A stretch of 64,000 nucleotides of DNA from Escherichia coli (GTDB taxonomy: Bacteria; Pseudomonadota; Gammaproteobacteria; Enterobacterales; Enterobacteriaceae): NCBI RefSeq assembly GCF_003790525.1, contig NZ_CP033635.1, one strand, 5' to 3'. The translations under genes were made by a program, and so were the position numbers. Numbering within the stretch: the stretch's first letter is position 1; each line of letters begins with the position of its first letter. The notes below the pieces were generated by a model that was given only the letters and a program-made list of their open reading frames with translations, was not told where the DNA came from and searched no databases. This document shows positions 11,124 through 24,022 of this stretch, piece by piece.

Positions 11124-11876
11124 TTATTGCAGCAGAAACTTCTCGAGGAACTGGCGGGTGCGAGGCTGCTTGGGATCGGCAAATAACGCTTTTGCGGCCC
11201 CCTGCTCGACTATCCGCCCCTGGTCCATAAAAATCGCCCGGTCCGCAACATCCCGGGCAAAGCTCATTTCGTGCGTCACAATCACCATCGTGCGCTTTTC
11301 CTGTGCCAGCTGACGGATGGTGTTCAGGACTTCGCCCACCAGCTCTGGATCCAGCGCCGACGTTGGCTCGTCAAACAAAATCACCTCAGGACGCATTGCC
11401 AGTGCACGCGCAATCGCAACACGCTGCTGTTGACCGCCAGACAAACGACGTGGATAGCTGGTTTCTTTACCGGCCAGCCCAACTTTCGCCAGTAGCTCGC
11501 GAGCGCGCTCCGTGGCCTCTTCTTTCGGTTCGCCTTTGACGATCACCGGCCCTTCAATAATGTTTTCCAGTACCGTACGATGCGGAAACAAATTAAAGTT
11601 CTGGAAGACAAACCCGACGTGCTGACGCAACTGGCGAATCAGCGATTTTTGCTGACTTAATGAACGTGCAGTATCAATAGTGATATCGCCAACGGTGATA
11701 GTTCCCGCTTCCGGTTGTTCCAGCAGATTTATGCTGCGTAGCAACGTGGTTTTGCCGGAACCACTCGGACCGATAATTGCCACAACTTCGCCAGGCTTTA
11801 CCTCAAGGTCGATACCGTGCAGCACCGTCTGACCGTGAAATTTTTTCACCAGGTTCTTAACTTCAATGGCACTCAT
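11124..11876 (-). CDS. tcyN: L-cystine ABC transporter ATP-binding protein
   Basis: 250-aa ORF; Walker A GPSGSGKTT, ABC signature LSGGQQQRV, Walker B ILFDEPTSALD. Confidence 0.9.
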   Translation of the reverse strand: MSAIEVKNLVKKFHGQTVLHGIDLEVKPGEVVAIIGPSGSGKTTLLRSINLLEQPEAGTITVGDITIDTARSLSQQKSLIRQLRQHVGFVFQNFNLFPHRTVLENIIEGPVIVKGEPKEEATERARELLAKVGLAGKETSYPRRLSGGQQQRVAIARALAMRPEVILFDEPTSALDPELVGEVLNTIRQLAQEKRTMVIVTHEMSFARDVADRAIFMDQGRIVEQGAAKALFADPKQPRTRQFLEKFLLQ

Positions 11877-12541
11877 TTTGGTTCTCTCTCCTGGCGATTA
11901 AGTTGATTCTCAAAATGGTTCTGCAACGTCGATAATACTGTCGCCATGATCCAGTAGATGAGCGAAGCCGCCAGGTACATGGTGAACACCTCCAGCGTGC
12001 GCGAGGTAATCAACTGCGCCTGACGGAACAGCTCCGGCACCTGGATTGTCGCGGCCAGCGACGTATCTTTTACCAGACTGATAAAGCTGTTCGACAGCGG
12101 CGGCAACGCCACCCGCGCCGCCTGTGGCAAAATCGCGCGACGCATAGTCTGCCATGGCGTCATACCAATACTGGCAGCTGCTTCCCACTGACCTTTATCA
12201 ATAGAAGAAATGGCGGCGCGAAGCGTTTCGGCGGCATAGGCGGCAGTGTTCAGCGACAGACCAATCATTGCTGACGGAATGGGATCTAATTCGATACCAA
12301 ACTGCGGCAGGCCGTAATAGATCATAAACAGTTGTGCGATGAGCGGCGTACCACGAAAAATAGAGATATAAAAACGCGCCAGCCAGCGCACGGGCCAGAT
12401 CGGCGACAGGCGCATCAGCGCGAGAATAAACCCGAGCAGTAAGCCAAAAAACATGCCGCCGATACTGAGTTGCAGCGTATACCCAGCCCCTTTCAGCAGG
12501 AACGGCAAGGAATCAATAACCAGTTGTATACTTTCTTGCAT
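11873..12541 (-). CDS. tcyL: L-cystine ABC transporter permease
   Basis: 222-aa polytopic membrane ORF, 4-bp overlap with tcyN (translational coupling). Confidence 0.9.
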   Translation of the reverse strand: MQESIQLVIDSLPFLLKGAGYTLQLSIGGMFFGLLLGFILALMRLSPIWPVRWLARFYISIFRGTPLIAQLFMIYYGLPQFGIELDPIPSAMIGLSLNTAAYAAETLRAAISSIDKGQWEAAASIGMTPWQTMRRAILPQAARVALPPLSNSFISLVKDTSLAATIQVPELFRQAQLITSRTLEVFTMYLAASLIYWIMATVLSTLQNHFENQLNRQEREPK

Positions 12542-12555
12542 GAGCGTTTCCGGAG

Positions 12556-14447
<1,892 letters not shown>

Positions 14448-14534
14448 ATTCACCCCGAATGTTGTTATGTCTGTTTGCAGTGTAGAGCCATTGTTTGTAA
14501 ACACAAAAACAACTCCGCTACATCTTATTCTTAT

Positions 14535-15086
14535 TTAATATATATCAGAAGCAGGCAGGCTGGAGGATTTCTGCACAAGTCCGGTACACGTTTGACGCTG
14601 ATAGTGTTGATACTTCCGTAATGCGATGCGGTAATTGTTGGTGCTGGTGGTGGGCAGCCACGGAGCGAGGATTTCATCAAGGAAACCGTCCTGCAGCTGA
14701 TCGAGGGAAATATTTTGCTCATGTAGATGATTCCCCAAACGGCGCAAACGAACGACATATTCACGCACCGTACCTGGGCTCATTTCAGTTTGCTCAAAAA
14801 GAAATTGCTTAAAGCCGATAATATCGAAAAAATCACTCTGCGTTTTGCAGTGTAAATCACCGCAAAATCGGCACAATGCCGCCCATGATTGTTGTTCCAC
14901 TTGCCAGCCATTTTCATCAAGCAGCGTGTCCAGGCGGGAAATCTCGATTTTATTCACTATTTTGCCGTCGCGAACTAAGGTAATGCGATCGAGTAATTTA
15001 CGGCAATGCGCGCAATGGGTCTGGCTGTGTTTAAAGTCTTTAAGATAGCGGCTTAATGGCCGTCTTTTCAGGTGCTGCACCATCAT
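14535..15086 (-). CDS. fliZ: flagellar regulator FliZ
   Basis: ORF 14535..15122; internal start at 15086 gives 183 aa MMVQHLKRRPLSRYLKDFKHSQTHCAHC... Confidence 0.9.
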   Translation of the reverse strand: MMVQHLKRRPLSRYLKDFKHSQTHCAHCRKLLDRITLVRDGKIVNKIEISRLDTLLDENGWQVEQQSWAALCRFCGDLHCKTQSDFFDIIGFKQFLFEQTEMSPGTVREYVVRLRRLGNHLHEQNISLDQLQDGFLDEILAPWLPTTSTNNYRIALRKYQHYQRQTCTGLVQKSSSLPASDIY

Positions 15087-15131
15087 TAAGAACTCCTGGT
15101 AGTCAAAGTTAAAGTGCGGCATTTACTGACG

Positions 15132-15851
15132 TTATAACTTCCCCAGTTTAGTGCGTAACCGTTTAATAGCCTGGCTGTGTAACTGACTGACCCGCGATTC
15201 CCCGACCTCCAGCACTGCACCAATCTCTTTGAGATTCAGCTCTTCCTGGTAATAGAGGGTTAATACCAGTTTTTCGCGCTCCGGCAACGTTTCGATGGCT
15301 TCCATCACCCGCTGGCGCAGATTACTGTCCAGCAGTTGTTGTAGCGGGTTTTCTCGCTGATGATCATCAGTAACCAGTTCGATGCTATCGCCGTGCTCTT
15401 CGCGCCACTCATCGTAGGAGAAGAGCTGGCTGTTATTGGTGTCGAGCAACATTTGGCGATAATCGGCAATATCGATCCCTAAACGTTCCGCTACCTCAGT
15501 TTCCGTGGCGTTGCGGCCAAGTTCCTGCTCCAGTTGCCCTATTGCCTGTGCCACTTCACGCGCGTTGCGTCGCACGCTGCGCGGCACCCAGTCACGGCTG
15601 CGAAGTTCATCCAGCATAGCGCCACGGATACGCTGCACTGCGTAAGTTGTAAATGCCGTTCCTTGTAGGGCGTCATAGCGTTCGACGGCATTAAGTAACC
15701 CAATGCCGCCCGCCTGTAGCAGATCGTCAAGTTCCACGCTCGCGGGCAGTCGAACCTGCAGGCGCAATGCTTCGTGACGCACCAGCGGGACATAACGCTG
15801 CCACAGCGAGTGTTTATCCATTACACCTTCAGCGGTATAGAGTGAATTCAC
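15132..15851 (-). CDS. fliA: flagellar sigma factor sigma-28 (FliA)
   Basis: 239-aa ORF, sigma-70 family regions 2-4. Confidence 0.95.
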   Translation of the reverse strand: MNSLYTAEGVMDKHSLWQRYVPLVRHEALRLQVRLPASVELDDLLQAGGIGLLNAVERYDALQGTAFTTYAVQRIRGAMLDELRSRDWVPRSVRRNAREVAQAIGQLEQELGRNATETEVAERLGIDIADYRQMLLDTNNSQLFSYDEWREEHGDSIELVTDDHQRENPLQQLLDSNLRQRVMEAIETLPEREKLVLTLYYQEELNLKEIGAVLEVGESRVSQLHSQAIKRLRTKLGKL

Positions 15852-16028
15852 GATAAACAGCCCTGCGTTATATGAGTTATCGGCATGATTATCCGTTTCT
15901 GCAGGGTTTTTAATCGGACGATTAGTGGGTGAAATGAGGGGTTATTTGAGGTTTACCGGTAAATTCCAGGCAGAAAAAACCCCGCCGGTGGCGGGGATGT
16001 ACGTTGCTGACAAATTACGCTTCATGTT

Positions 16029-16062
<34 letters not shown>

Positions 16063-16098
16063 AAAAATGTGCAAATTCAATAAATTGCAATTCCCCTT

Positions 16099-16128
16099 GT
16101 AGGCCTGATAAGCGCAGCGCATCAGGCA
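16099..16128. repeat. REP unit in inverted orientation (BIME partner)
   Basis: gtaggcctgataagcgcagcgcatcaggca, inverted relative to the REP at 16029. Confidence 0.75.
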
Positions 16129-16170
16129 ATTTGGCGTTGCCGTCAGTCTCAGTTAATCAGGTTACGACGA

Positions 16171-17808
16171 TTAACCCTGCAGCAGAGACAGAACCTGCTG
16201 TGGTACCTGGTTAGCTTTTGCCAGCACGGAGTTACCGGCCTGCTGGATGATCTGCGCTTTCGACATGTTGGACACTTCGGTCGCATAGTCGGCGTCCTGA
16301 ATACGGGACTGCGCTTCGGACAGGTTGGTAGTGGTGTTGTTCAGGTTGGTGACCGCGGAATCCAGACGGTTCTGGATAGCACCCAGGGATGAACGGAATT
16401 TGTCGATGGAGCTGATTGCGTCGTCAAGCGCAGCCAATGGATCGGACGTCTTCGATGTTTTATTCTCTGTGCTGTAGACACCATCAGCGTCTTTATAGAT
16501 TTCTTTGCCTGCGCTATTCGTGACCGTGCCATCGGCTTGCGAGTAGTAGGTTGAAACAGTTTGAGCATCCTGGGTTAAGGCATCCCCCGCCAGGAAACCA
16601 TTTGTAGTATTATTTGCGGCAACAGCATAAGTATTCCCACCGGTGTTGGCGGAATATGCAATGCCCGTAAATGCAGATGCTGAAACAGTAGCACCTTCAA
16701 TTTTTACAGTACCTGTATTACCTTCAGCTGTAACTGTTACACCAGCCTCTGTCTTGATGGTTGTTTTAACAGCAGTACCTTTCGCATCCGTATTTCCGAG
16801 AAGCCCAGAAACGGTTGCTTTGTTCGGGTTGCCGGCCTGGTTTTTAGTCAGGTTACCTGTTGAATCCAGATAAAGTTGATCGCCATCACTTGAAGTAATA
16901 TTGCCCGAATCATCAATATTTACATTCTGTGCTGTCCCACCAATAGTAACTGATGCAGCTGTCGTTTTCCCTGCTGCAGGTATGAGATTTGCTGCAGCAT
17001 TCGTTTGGTTTACACCGTCAGCCGTATAGGAGAAGGTATTGCTGGTTGCATTATAAGTATAAGTTGTCGATGTCGCATTATCAGCAAGGCTATTTGCACC
17101 TGTTGCGGTAATTTTATCGCCAGTCTTAAGCGCCGCAAGAATATCAGATCCTTTTGCTGCAGTATTTGCTGTAGTTTTAGTATATGCAGTGCTGCCGTCA
17201 GATGAAGTTAACCCTTTGATATATCCGTCTTTAACCATTCCGTCAGCTGTCGCCGCGACACTTGCCTTATCTGCGCTACCATTCACATTAAACCCACTCA
17301 GCCCCAGCGTATCAGAGTCAATTTTCTTCAGATCAATAGTGATAGTCTGGCCGTCATTCGCACCAACCTGAATTTTCATTGAACCGTCTTTCGCCAGTAC
17401 GTTCACGCCGTTGAACTGGGTCTGGCCAGATACGCGGTCAATTTCGTCCAGACGGGATTTGATTTCGTCCTGAATGGAGTCCAGATCCGAATCGGAGTTA
17501 GTCCCGGTAGAAGCCTGAACCGTCAGTTCACGGATACGCTGTAAGTTGTTGTTGATTTCGGACAGCGCGCCTTCAGTGGTCTGCGCAACGGAGATACCGT
17601 CGTTGGCGTTACGGGCCGCCTGAGTCAGGCCTTTAATGTTAGAAGTAAAACGGTTAGCAATCGCCTGACCCGCTGCGTCATCCTTCGCGCTGTTAATACG
17701 CAAGCCAGAAGACAGACGCTCGATAGAACTCGACAGCGCAGACTGGTTCTTGTTGATATTATTTTGAGTGATCAGCGAGAGGCTGTTGGTATTAATGACT
17801 TGTGCCAT
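16171..17808 (-). CDS. fliC: flagellin (H antigen), 545-aa allele
   Basis: Conserved flagellin N-terminus [54 protein letters not shown] and C-terminus ...[24 protein letters not shown]; central T/S/G/A-rich variable domain. Confidence 0.95.
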   Translation of the reverse strand: MAQVINTNSLSLITQNNINKNQSALSSSIERLSSGLRINSAKDDAAGQAIANRFTSNIKGLTQAARNANDGISVAQTTEGALSEINNNLQRIRELTVQASTGTNSDSDLDSIQDEIKSRLDEIDRVSGQTQFNGVNVLAKDGSMKIQVGANDGQTITIDLKKIDSDTLGLSGFNVNGSADKASVAATADGMVKDGYIKGLTSSDGSTAYTKTTANTAAKGSDILAALKTGDKITATGANSLADNATSTTYTYNATSNTFSYTADGVNQTNAAANLIPAAGKTTAASVTIGGTAQNVNIDDSGNITSSDGDQLYLDSTGNLTKNQAGNPNKATVSGLLGNTDAKGTAVKTTIKTEAGVTVTAEGNTGTVKIEGATVSASAFTGIAYSANTGGNTYAVAANNTTNGFLAGDALTQDAQTVSTYYSQADGTVTNSAGKEIYKDADGVYSTENKTSKTSDPLAALDDAISSIDKFRSSLGAIQNRLDSAVTNLNNTTTNLSEAQSRIQDADYATEVSNMSKAQIIQQAGNSVLAKANQVPQQVLSLLQG

Positions 17809-17884
17809 GATTCGTTATCCTATATTGCAAGTCGTTGATTACGTTTTGGGTTTCCACCCGTCGGCTCAATCGCCGTCAACCCTG

Positions 17885-17911
17885 TTATCGTCTGTCGTAA
17901 AACAACCTTTA
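17885..17911 (-). promoter_or_regulatory. sigma-28 (class 3) promoter of fliC
   Basis: Minus strand reads TAAA-ggttgttttacgaca-GACGATAA, matching the TAAA-N15-GCCGATAA consensus. Confidence 0.7.
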
Positions 17912-18003
17912 GAATTTTTTTCACAAACAGCCATTTTTTGTTAGTCGACGAAATACTCTTTTCTCTGCCCCTTATTCCCGCTATTAAAAAAAACAATTAA
18001 ACG

Positions 18004-18030
18004 TAAACTTTGCGCAATTCAGGCCGATAA
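18004..18030 (+). promoter_or_regulatory. sigma-28 promoter of fliDST
   Basis: TAAA-ctttgcgcaattcag-GCCGATAA, exact consensus -10, about 45 bp upstream of fliD start. Confidence 0.75.
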
Positions 18031-18073
18031 CCCCGGTATTCGTTTTACGTGTCGAAAGATAAAAGGAAATCGC

Positions 18074-19480
18074 ATGGCAAGTATTTCATCGCTGGGAGTC
18101 GGGTCAGGTCTGGATTTAAGTTCAATCCTTGATAGCCTCACCGCCGCGCAAAAAGCGACGCTAACCCCTATTTCAAATCAGCAATCGTCGTTTACCGCTA
18201 AACTTAGCGCCTACGGTACGCTGAAAAGCGCGCTGACGACTTTCCAGACCGCCAATACTGCATTGTCTAAAGCCGATCTTTTTTCCGCCACCAGCACTAC
18301 CAGCAGCACCACCGCGTTCAGTGCCACCACCGCGGGTAACGCCATCGCCGGGAAATACACCATCAGTGTCACCCATCTGGCGCAGGCGCAAACCCTGACC
18401 ACGCGCACCACCAGAGACGATACGAAAACGGCGATCGCCACCAGCGACAGTAAACTCACCATTCAACAAGGCGGCGACAAAGATCCGATTACCATTGATA
18501 TCAGCGCGGCTAACTCGTCGTTAAGCGGGATCCGTGATGCCATCAACAATGCAAAAGCAGGCGTAAGCGCAAGCATCATTAACGTGGGTAACGGTGAATA
18601 TCGTCTGTCAGTCACATCAAATGACACCGGCCTTGATAATGCGATGACACTCTCGGTCAGCGGTGATGATGCGCTACAAAGTTTTATGGGCTATGACGCC
18701 AGTGCCAGCAGCAACGGTATGGAAGTCTCGGTCGCCGCCCAGAATGCGCAGCTGACGGTCAACAACGTCGCCATTGAGAACAGCAGCAACACCATCAGCG
18801 ACGCGCTGGAAAACATCACCCTGAACCTGAACGATGTCACCACGGGCAACCAGACGCTAACCATCACTCAGGACACCTCCAAAGCGCAAACAGCGATTAA
18901 AGACTGGGTGAATGCCTATAACTCGCTAATAGATACCTTCAGCAGCCTGACCAAATACACCGCCGTAGATGCGGGAGCTGATAGCCAGAGTTCTAGCAAT
19001 GGCGCACTGCTCGGCGACTCCACGTTGCGGACGATTCAGACGCAGTTGAAGTCGATGCTGAGTAATACCGTCAGTTCTTCCAACTATAAAACGCTGGCGC
19101 AGATTGGTATCACGACCGATCCCAGCGATGGCAAACTGGAACTGGATGCCGACAAACTCACCGCTGCACTGAAAAAAGATGCCAGCGGCGTAGGTGCATT
19201 GATTGTTGGCGATGGTAAAAAAACCGGCATCACGACCACCATCGGCAGCAACCTGACCAGTTGGCTTTCGACAACGGGCATTATTAAAGCCGCTACCGAT
19301 GGCGTTAGTAAGACCCTGAATAAATTAACTAAAGACTACAACGCCGCCAGCGATCGCATTGATGCGCAGGTCGCGCGCTATAAAGAACAATTTACCCAAC
19401 TGGACGTTTTAATGACCTCGTTAAACAGCACCAGCAGCTACTTAACGCAGCAGTTCGAAAACAACAGTAATTCCAAGTAA
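18074..19480 (+). CDS. fliD: flagellar filament cap protein FliD
   Basis: 468-aa ORF MASISSLGVGSGLDLSSILDSLTAAQKATLTPISNQQSSFTAKLSAYGTLKSAL... Confidence 0.95.
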   Translation: MASISSLGVGSGLDLSSILDSLTAAQKATLTPISNQQSSFTAKLSAYGTLKSALTTFQTANTALSKADLFSATSTTSSTTAFSATTAGNAIAGKYTISVTHLAQAQTLTTRTTRDDTKTAIATSDSKLTIQQGGDKDPITIDISAANSSLSGIRDAINNAKAGVSASIINVGNGEYRLSVTSNDTGLDNAMTLSVSGDDALQSFMGYDASASSNGMEVSVAAQNAQLTVNNVAIENSSNTISDALENITLNLNDVTTGNQTLTITQDTSKAQTAIKDWVNAYNSLIDTFSSLTKYTAVDAGADSQSSSNGALLGDSTLRTIQTQLKSMLSNTVSSSNYKTLAQIGITTDPSDGKLELDADKLTAALKKDASGVGALIVGDGKKTGITTTIGSNLTSWLSTTGIIKAATDGVSKTLNKLTKDYNAASDRIDAQVARYKEQFTQLDVLMTSLNSTSSYLTQQFENNSNSK

Positions 19481-19504
19481 TCAATATTCATCGGGAGACA
19501 GGTC

Positions 19505-19915
19505 ATGTACGCGGCAAAAGGCACCCAGGCCTATGCACAAATTGGCGTCGAAAGCGCCGTAATGAGCGCCAGCCAGCAGCAGCTGGTCACCATGCTATTT
19601 GATGGAGTGCTAAGCGCACTGGTTAGAGCGCGCCTGTTTATGCAGGACAACAATCAGCAAGGCAAAGGCGTCTCTTTGTCAAAAGCGATCAACATCATTG
19701 AGAACGGACTGCGGGTGAGTCTTGATGAAGAGAGCAAAGACGAATTAACCCAAAACTTGATTGCTCTTTATAGCTATATGGTCAGGCGTTTGCTGCAAGC
19801 CAATTTACGCAACGATGTCTCCGCAGTCGAAGAAGTGGAAACATTAATGCGCAATATTGCCGATGCCTGGAAAGAGTCGTTACTCTCCCCTTCTTTGATT
19901 CAGGACCCAGTCTGA
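19505..19915 (+). CDS. fliS: flagellin-specific chaperone FliS
   Basis: 136-aa [37 protein letters not shown]... Confidence 0.95.
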
Positions 19916-20280
19916 TGAACCATGCACCGCATTTGTATTTCGCCTGGCAACAACTCGTCGAAAAAAGCCAGCTCATGTTACGCCTGGCAACGGAAGAACA
20001 ATGGGACGAACTCATCGCCAGCGAAATGGCGTATGTTAATGCGGTGCAGGAGATTGCACATTTGACTGAAGAGATTGACCCGTCCACCACGATGCAGGAG
20101 CAGCTCCGCCCGATGCTGCGCCTGATTCTCGACAACGAAAGCAAGGTAAAGCAGTTATTACAGATTCGGATGGATGAACTGGCGAAACTGGTCGGTCAGT
20201 CATCGGTGCAAAAATCGGTGTTAAGTGCCTATGGCGATCAGGGCGGCTTTGTGCTGGCTCCGCAAGATAACTTATCGTGA
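19915..20280 (+). CDS. fliT: FliD chaperone / anti-FlhDC factor FliT
   Basis: 121-aa ORF starting at the fliS stop (overlap), [33 protein letters not shown]... Confidence 0.9.
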
Positions 20281-20357
20281 ATCTTAACGAGCTAATGGCT
20301 CGCGAATAATCCGATTACGGCTACGCTTCAAATGTTCCCCTTGAATGGAGTCGAAGA

Positions 20358-21845
20358 ATGCGTAATCCCACGCTGTTACAATGTTTTCACTGGTATTACC
20401 CGGAAGGCGGTAAGCTCTGGCCTGAACTGGCCGAGCGCGCCGACGGTTTTAATGATATTGGTATCAATATGGTCTGGTTGCCGCCCGCCTATAAAGGCGC
20501 ATCGGGCGGGTATTCGGTCGGCTACGACTCCTATGATTTATTTGATTTAGGCGAGTTTGATCAGAAAGGCAGCATCCCTACTAAATATGGCGATAAAGCA
20601 CAACTGCTGGCCGCCATTGACGCCCTGAAACGTAATGACATTGCGGTGCTGTTGGACGTGGTAGTCAACCACAAAATGGGCGCGGATGAAAAAGAAGCTA
20701 TTCGCGTGCAGCGTGTAAATGCTGACGACCGTACGCAAATTGATGAAGAAATCATTGAGTGCGAAGGCTGGACGCGTTACACCTTCCCCGCCCGTGCCGG
20801 GCAATACTCACAGTTTATCTGGGATTTCAAATGTTTTAGCGGTATCGACCATATCGAAAACCCTGATGAAGATGGCATATTTAAAATTGTTAACGACTAC
20901 ACCGGCGAAGGCTGGAACGATCAGGTTGATGATGAATTAGGTAATTTCGATTATCTGATGGGCGAGAATATCGATTTTCGCAATCATGCCGTGACGGAAG
21001 AGATTAAATACTGGGCGCGCTGGGTGATGGAACAAACGCAATGCGACGGTTTTCGTCTTGATGCGGTCAAACATATTCCGGCGTGGTTTTATAAAGAGTG
21101 GATCGAACACGTACAGGAAGTTGCGCCAAAGCCGCTGTTTATTGTGGCGGAGTACTGGTCGCATGAAGTTGATAAGCTGCAAACGTATATTGATCAGGTG
21201 GAAGGCAAAACCATGCTGTTCGATGCGCCGCTGCAGATGAAATTCCATGAAGCATCGCGCATGGGACGCGACTACGACATGACGCAGATTTTCACTGGGA
21301 CGCTGGTGGAAGCCGATCCTTTTCACGCCGTAACCCTCGTTGCCAACCATGACACCCAACCGTTGCAAGCCCTCGAAGCGCCAGTCGAACCGTGGTTTAA
21401 ACCGCTGGCGTATGCTCTAATTTTGTTGCGGGAAAATGGCGTTCCTTCGGTATTCTATCCGGACCTCTACGGTGCGCATTACGAAGATGTCGGTGGTGAC
21501 GGGCAAACCTATCCGATAGATATGCCAATAATCGAACAGCTTGATGAGTTAATTCTCGCCCGTCAGCGTTTCGCCCACGGTGTACAGACGTTATTTTTCG
21601 ACCATCCGAACTGCATTGCCTTTAGCCGCAGTGGCACTGACGAATATCCCGGCTGCGTGGTGGTCATGTCGAACGGGGATGATGGCGAAAAAACCATTCA
21701 CCTGGGAGAGAATTACGGCAATAAAACCTGGCGTGATTTTCTTGGGAACCGGCAAGAGAGTGTAGTAACCGACGAAAACGGCGAAGCGACCTTCTTTTGC
21801 AACGGCGGCAGCGTTAGCGTGTGGGTTATCGAAGAGGTGATTTAA
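20358..21845 (+). CDS. amyA: cytoplasmic alpha-amylase (GH13)
   Basis: 495-aa ORF with GH13 catalytic region ([21 protein letters not shown]). Confidence 0.9.
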   Translation: MRNPTLLQCFHWYYPEGGKLWPELAERADGFNDIGINMVWLPPAYKGASGGYSVGYDSYDLFDLGEFDQKGSIPTKYGDKAQLLAAIDALKRNDIAVLLDVVVNHKMGADEKEAIRVQRVNADDRTQIDEEIIECEGWTRYTFPARAGQYSQFIWDFKCFSGIDHIENPDEDGIFKIVNDYTGEGWNDQVDDELGNFDYLMGENIDFRNHAVTEEIKYWARWVMEQTQCDGFRLDAVKHIPAWFYKEWIEHVQEVAPKPLFIVAEYWSHEVDKLQTYIDQVEGKTMLFDAPLQMKFHEASRMGRDYDMTQIFTGTLVEADPFHAVTLVANHDTQPLQALEAPVEPWFKPLAYALILLRENGVPSVFYPDLYGAHYEDVGGDGQTYPIDMPIIEQLDELILARQRFAHGVQTLFFDHPNCIAFSRSGTDEYPGCVVVMSNGDDGEKTIHLGENYGNKTWRDFLGNRQESVVTDENGEATFFCNGGSVSVWVIEEVI

Positions 21846-21851
21846 ATTCAT

Positions 21852-21878
21852 CCCCGGCGGCAAGCCGGGGAGATTTCA
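21852..21878. terminator. hairpin ccccggcggcaagccgggg between convergent amyA and yedD
   Basis: GC-rich inverted repeat directly after amyA stop; weak T-run. Confidence 0.4.
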
Positions 21879-22292
21879 TTACGGCAATGGCGTCGGTAAC
21901 GGCGCTTTATCCAGCGCAGCGGCACACTCTGCCGTCGGGCGATCCACACGCTCCATCGTCATACCATCGTACTCAATGGTGTTACCGTCACGCTCAACCT
22001 CGTACAGCTCACGTTTTACGGTAACGTTAGTGAGATCATCAGACATCAATGTCAACTTGCCCGGCACAGCAATCACCCGCTGCCACTGACGGCAATCCAG
22101 AGTATCGCCCTCTTTAATGACAATCAGGCTGCCTATCGCTTCCGGACTGACCAGCGCACGTTGCGGCCCTTTGGTCTGCCAGTAGCCCGCCAGCCAGTCC
22201 GGCGCGGGGGTTTTCACGACATTGTTATAGTTTTCGACTTCGGCACAGCCCGCCAGCAACATGAGCGCGCCTGCAATTGCGAGTTTTTTCAT
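21879..22292 (-). CDS. yedD: lipoprotein YedD
   Basis: ORF 21879..22295; signal peptide with lipobox LLAGC; 137 aa from second Met. Confidence 0.85.
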   Translation of the reverse strand: MKKLAIAGALMLLAGCAEVENYNNVVKTPAPDWLAGYWQTKGPQRALVSPEAIGSLIVIKEGDTLDCRQWQRVIAVPGKLTLMSDDLTNVTVKRELYEVERDGNTIEYDGMTMERVDRPTAECAAALDKAPLPTPLP

Positions 22293-22478
22293 CATTCGTC
22301 CTGCATGAGAAGAAAAGAGGATTGTGGCATTAAAGCCCTGATGTCGCCAGCCTTTCCAGGTTCAGAGAGAAATTTGATCTAACTATTATTTTTGTGAATT
22401 ATTACCCCGAAAATAAATTTGCATGGTGTATGATTCGCGACTCTTGTTTCAAACCTTCTGAGTTCAGAGGCTACATTC

Positions 22479-23684
22479 ATGTCATGGCAGCAATTCAAAC
22501 ACGCCTGGTTGATTAAATTCTGGGCGCCCATCCCCGCGGTCATCGCGGCGGGTATTCTCTCCACTTACTATTTTGGCATTACTGGCACCTTTTGGGCTGT
22601 CACGGGTGAATTTACCCGTTGGGGCGGCCAGCTCCTGCAACTGTTCGGCGTCCATGCTGAAGAGTGGGGTTACTTTAAAATTATCCATCTGGAAGGATCG
22701 CCATTAACCCGCATCGACGGGATGATGATCCTCGGTATGTTTGGCGGCTGCTTTGCCGCAGCGCTGTGGGCCAACAATGTCAAACTGCGAATGCCGCGCA
22801 GCCGTATCCGCATTATGCAGGCCATCATTGGCGGCATTATCGCCGGTTTTGGCGCGCGTCTGGCAATGGGCTGTAACCTGGCGGCGTTCTTTACCGGTAT
22901 TCCTCAGTTCTCGCTGCATGCCTGGTTCTTTGCCATCGCCACTGCCATTGGTTCATGGTTTGGCGCGCGCTTTACCCTGCTGCCCATCTTCCGTATTCCC
23001 GTGAAAATGCAGAAAGTTTCTGCCGCCTCACCGCTGACGCAAAAACCGGATCAGGCGCGGCGTCGTTTTCGTCTCGGGATGCTGGTCTTTTTCGGCATGC
23101 TGGGCTGGGCGCTGCTCACAGCGATGAACCAACCCAAACTGGGGCTGGCAATGCTGTTTGGCGTCGGCTTTGGTTTACTGATTGAACGTGCGCAAATCTG
23201 CTTTACTTCGGCGTTCCGCGATATGTGGATCACCGGACGTACCCATATGGCGAAAGCAATCATTATTGGTATGGCGGTGAGTGCCATCGGGATCTTCAGT
23301 TACGTACAGTTAGGCGTTGAACCCAAAATCATGTGGGCGGGACCAAACGCGGTAATTGGTGGTTTACTGTTTGGTTTTGGCATCGTGCTGGCTGGCGGCT
23401 GCGAAACCGGCTGGATGTACCGCGCGGTAGAAGGCCAGGTGCACTACTGGTGGGTCGGTCTGGGCAATGTGATCGGCTCAACGATTCTGGCGTATTACTG
23501 GGATGATTTCGCTCCGGCGCTGGCCACCGACTGGGACAAAATCAACCTGCTGAAAACCTTTGGTCCGATGGGGGGCCTGCTGGTGACATATTTGCTGTTG
23601 TTTGCTGCGCTGATGTTGATTATCGGCTGGGAAAAACGCTTCTTCCGCCGTGCGGCACCGCAGACTGCTAAGGAGATCGCATGA
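22479..23684 (+). CDS. yedE: YedE/YeeE family membrane transporter (sulfur/selenium-related)
   Basis: 401-aa polytopic membrane ORF, recognised YedE sequence. Confidence 0.85.
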   Translation: MSWQQFKHAWLIKFWAPIPAVIAAGILSTYYFGITGTFWAVTGEFTRWGGQLLQLFGVHAEEWGYFKIIHLEGSPLTRIDGMMILGMFGGCFAAALWANNVKLRMPRSRIRIMQAIIGGIIAGFGARLAMGCNLAAFFTGIPQFSLHAWFFAIATAIGSWFGARFTLLPIFRIPVKMQKVSAASPLTQKPDQARRRFRLGMLVFFGMLGWALLTAMNQPKLGLAMLFGVGFGLLIERAQICFTSAFRDMWITGRTHMAKAIIIGMAVSAIGIFSYVQLGVEPKIMWAGPNAVIGGLLFGFGIVLAGGCETGWMYRAVEGQVHYWWVGLGNVIGSTILAYYWDDFAPALATDWDKINLLKTFGPMGGLLVTYLLLFAALMLIIGWEKRFFRRAAPQTAKEIA

Positions 23685-23914
23685 AAAATATCGTTCCTGA
23701 TTACCGCCTTGATATGGTGGGTGAACCCTGCCCTTATCCGGCAGTCGCAACCCTTGAGGCGATGCCGCAGTTAAAAAAAGGGGAAATCCTGGAAGTGGTG
23801 AGCGACTGTCCGCAGTCGATCAATAATATTCCACTGGATGCGCGTAATCACGGCTATACGGTGCTGGATATTCAGCAAGACGGGCCGACCATTCGTTATT
23901 TAATTCAGAAGTAA
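23681..23914 (+). CDS. yedF: TusA-like sulfurtransferase-fold protein YedF
   Basis: 77-aa ORF with conserved CPxP motif (GEPCPYPAVA), overlaps yedE stop. Confidence 0.85.
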   Translation: MKNIVPDYRLDMVGEPCPYPAVATLEAMPQLKKGEILEVVSDCPQSINNIPLDARNHGYTVLDIQQDGPTIRYLIQK

Positions 23915-24022
23915 TCCCTCATTCCCGCTGTGACCCACAGCGGGAACATCGTTACCTTTGTATCACATAGATTTTACCCACCCCCTCTCCTATTCTTTTC
24001 AGTATGATCTCAGGAGGTTTCT

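Noticed and set aside
21852-21878. Hairpins after amyA and after rcsA (38808-38832) as strong intrinsic terminators
   Set aside because: Stems are good but T-runs are weak or absent; kept as low-confidence features only.
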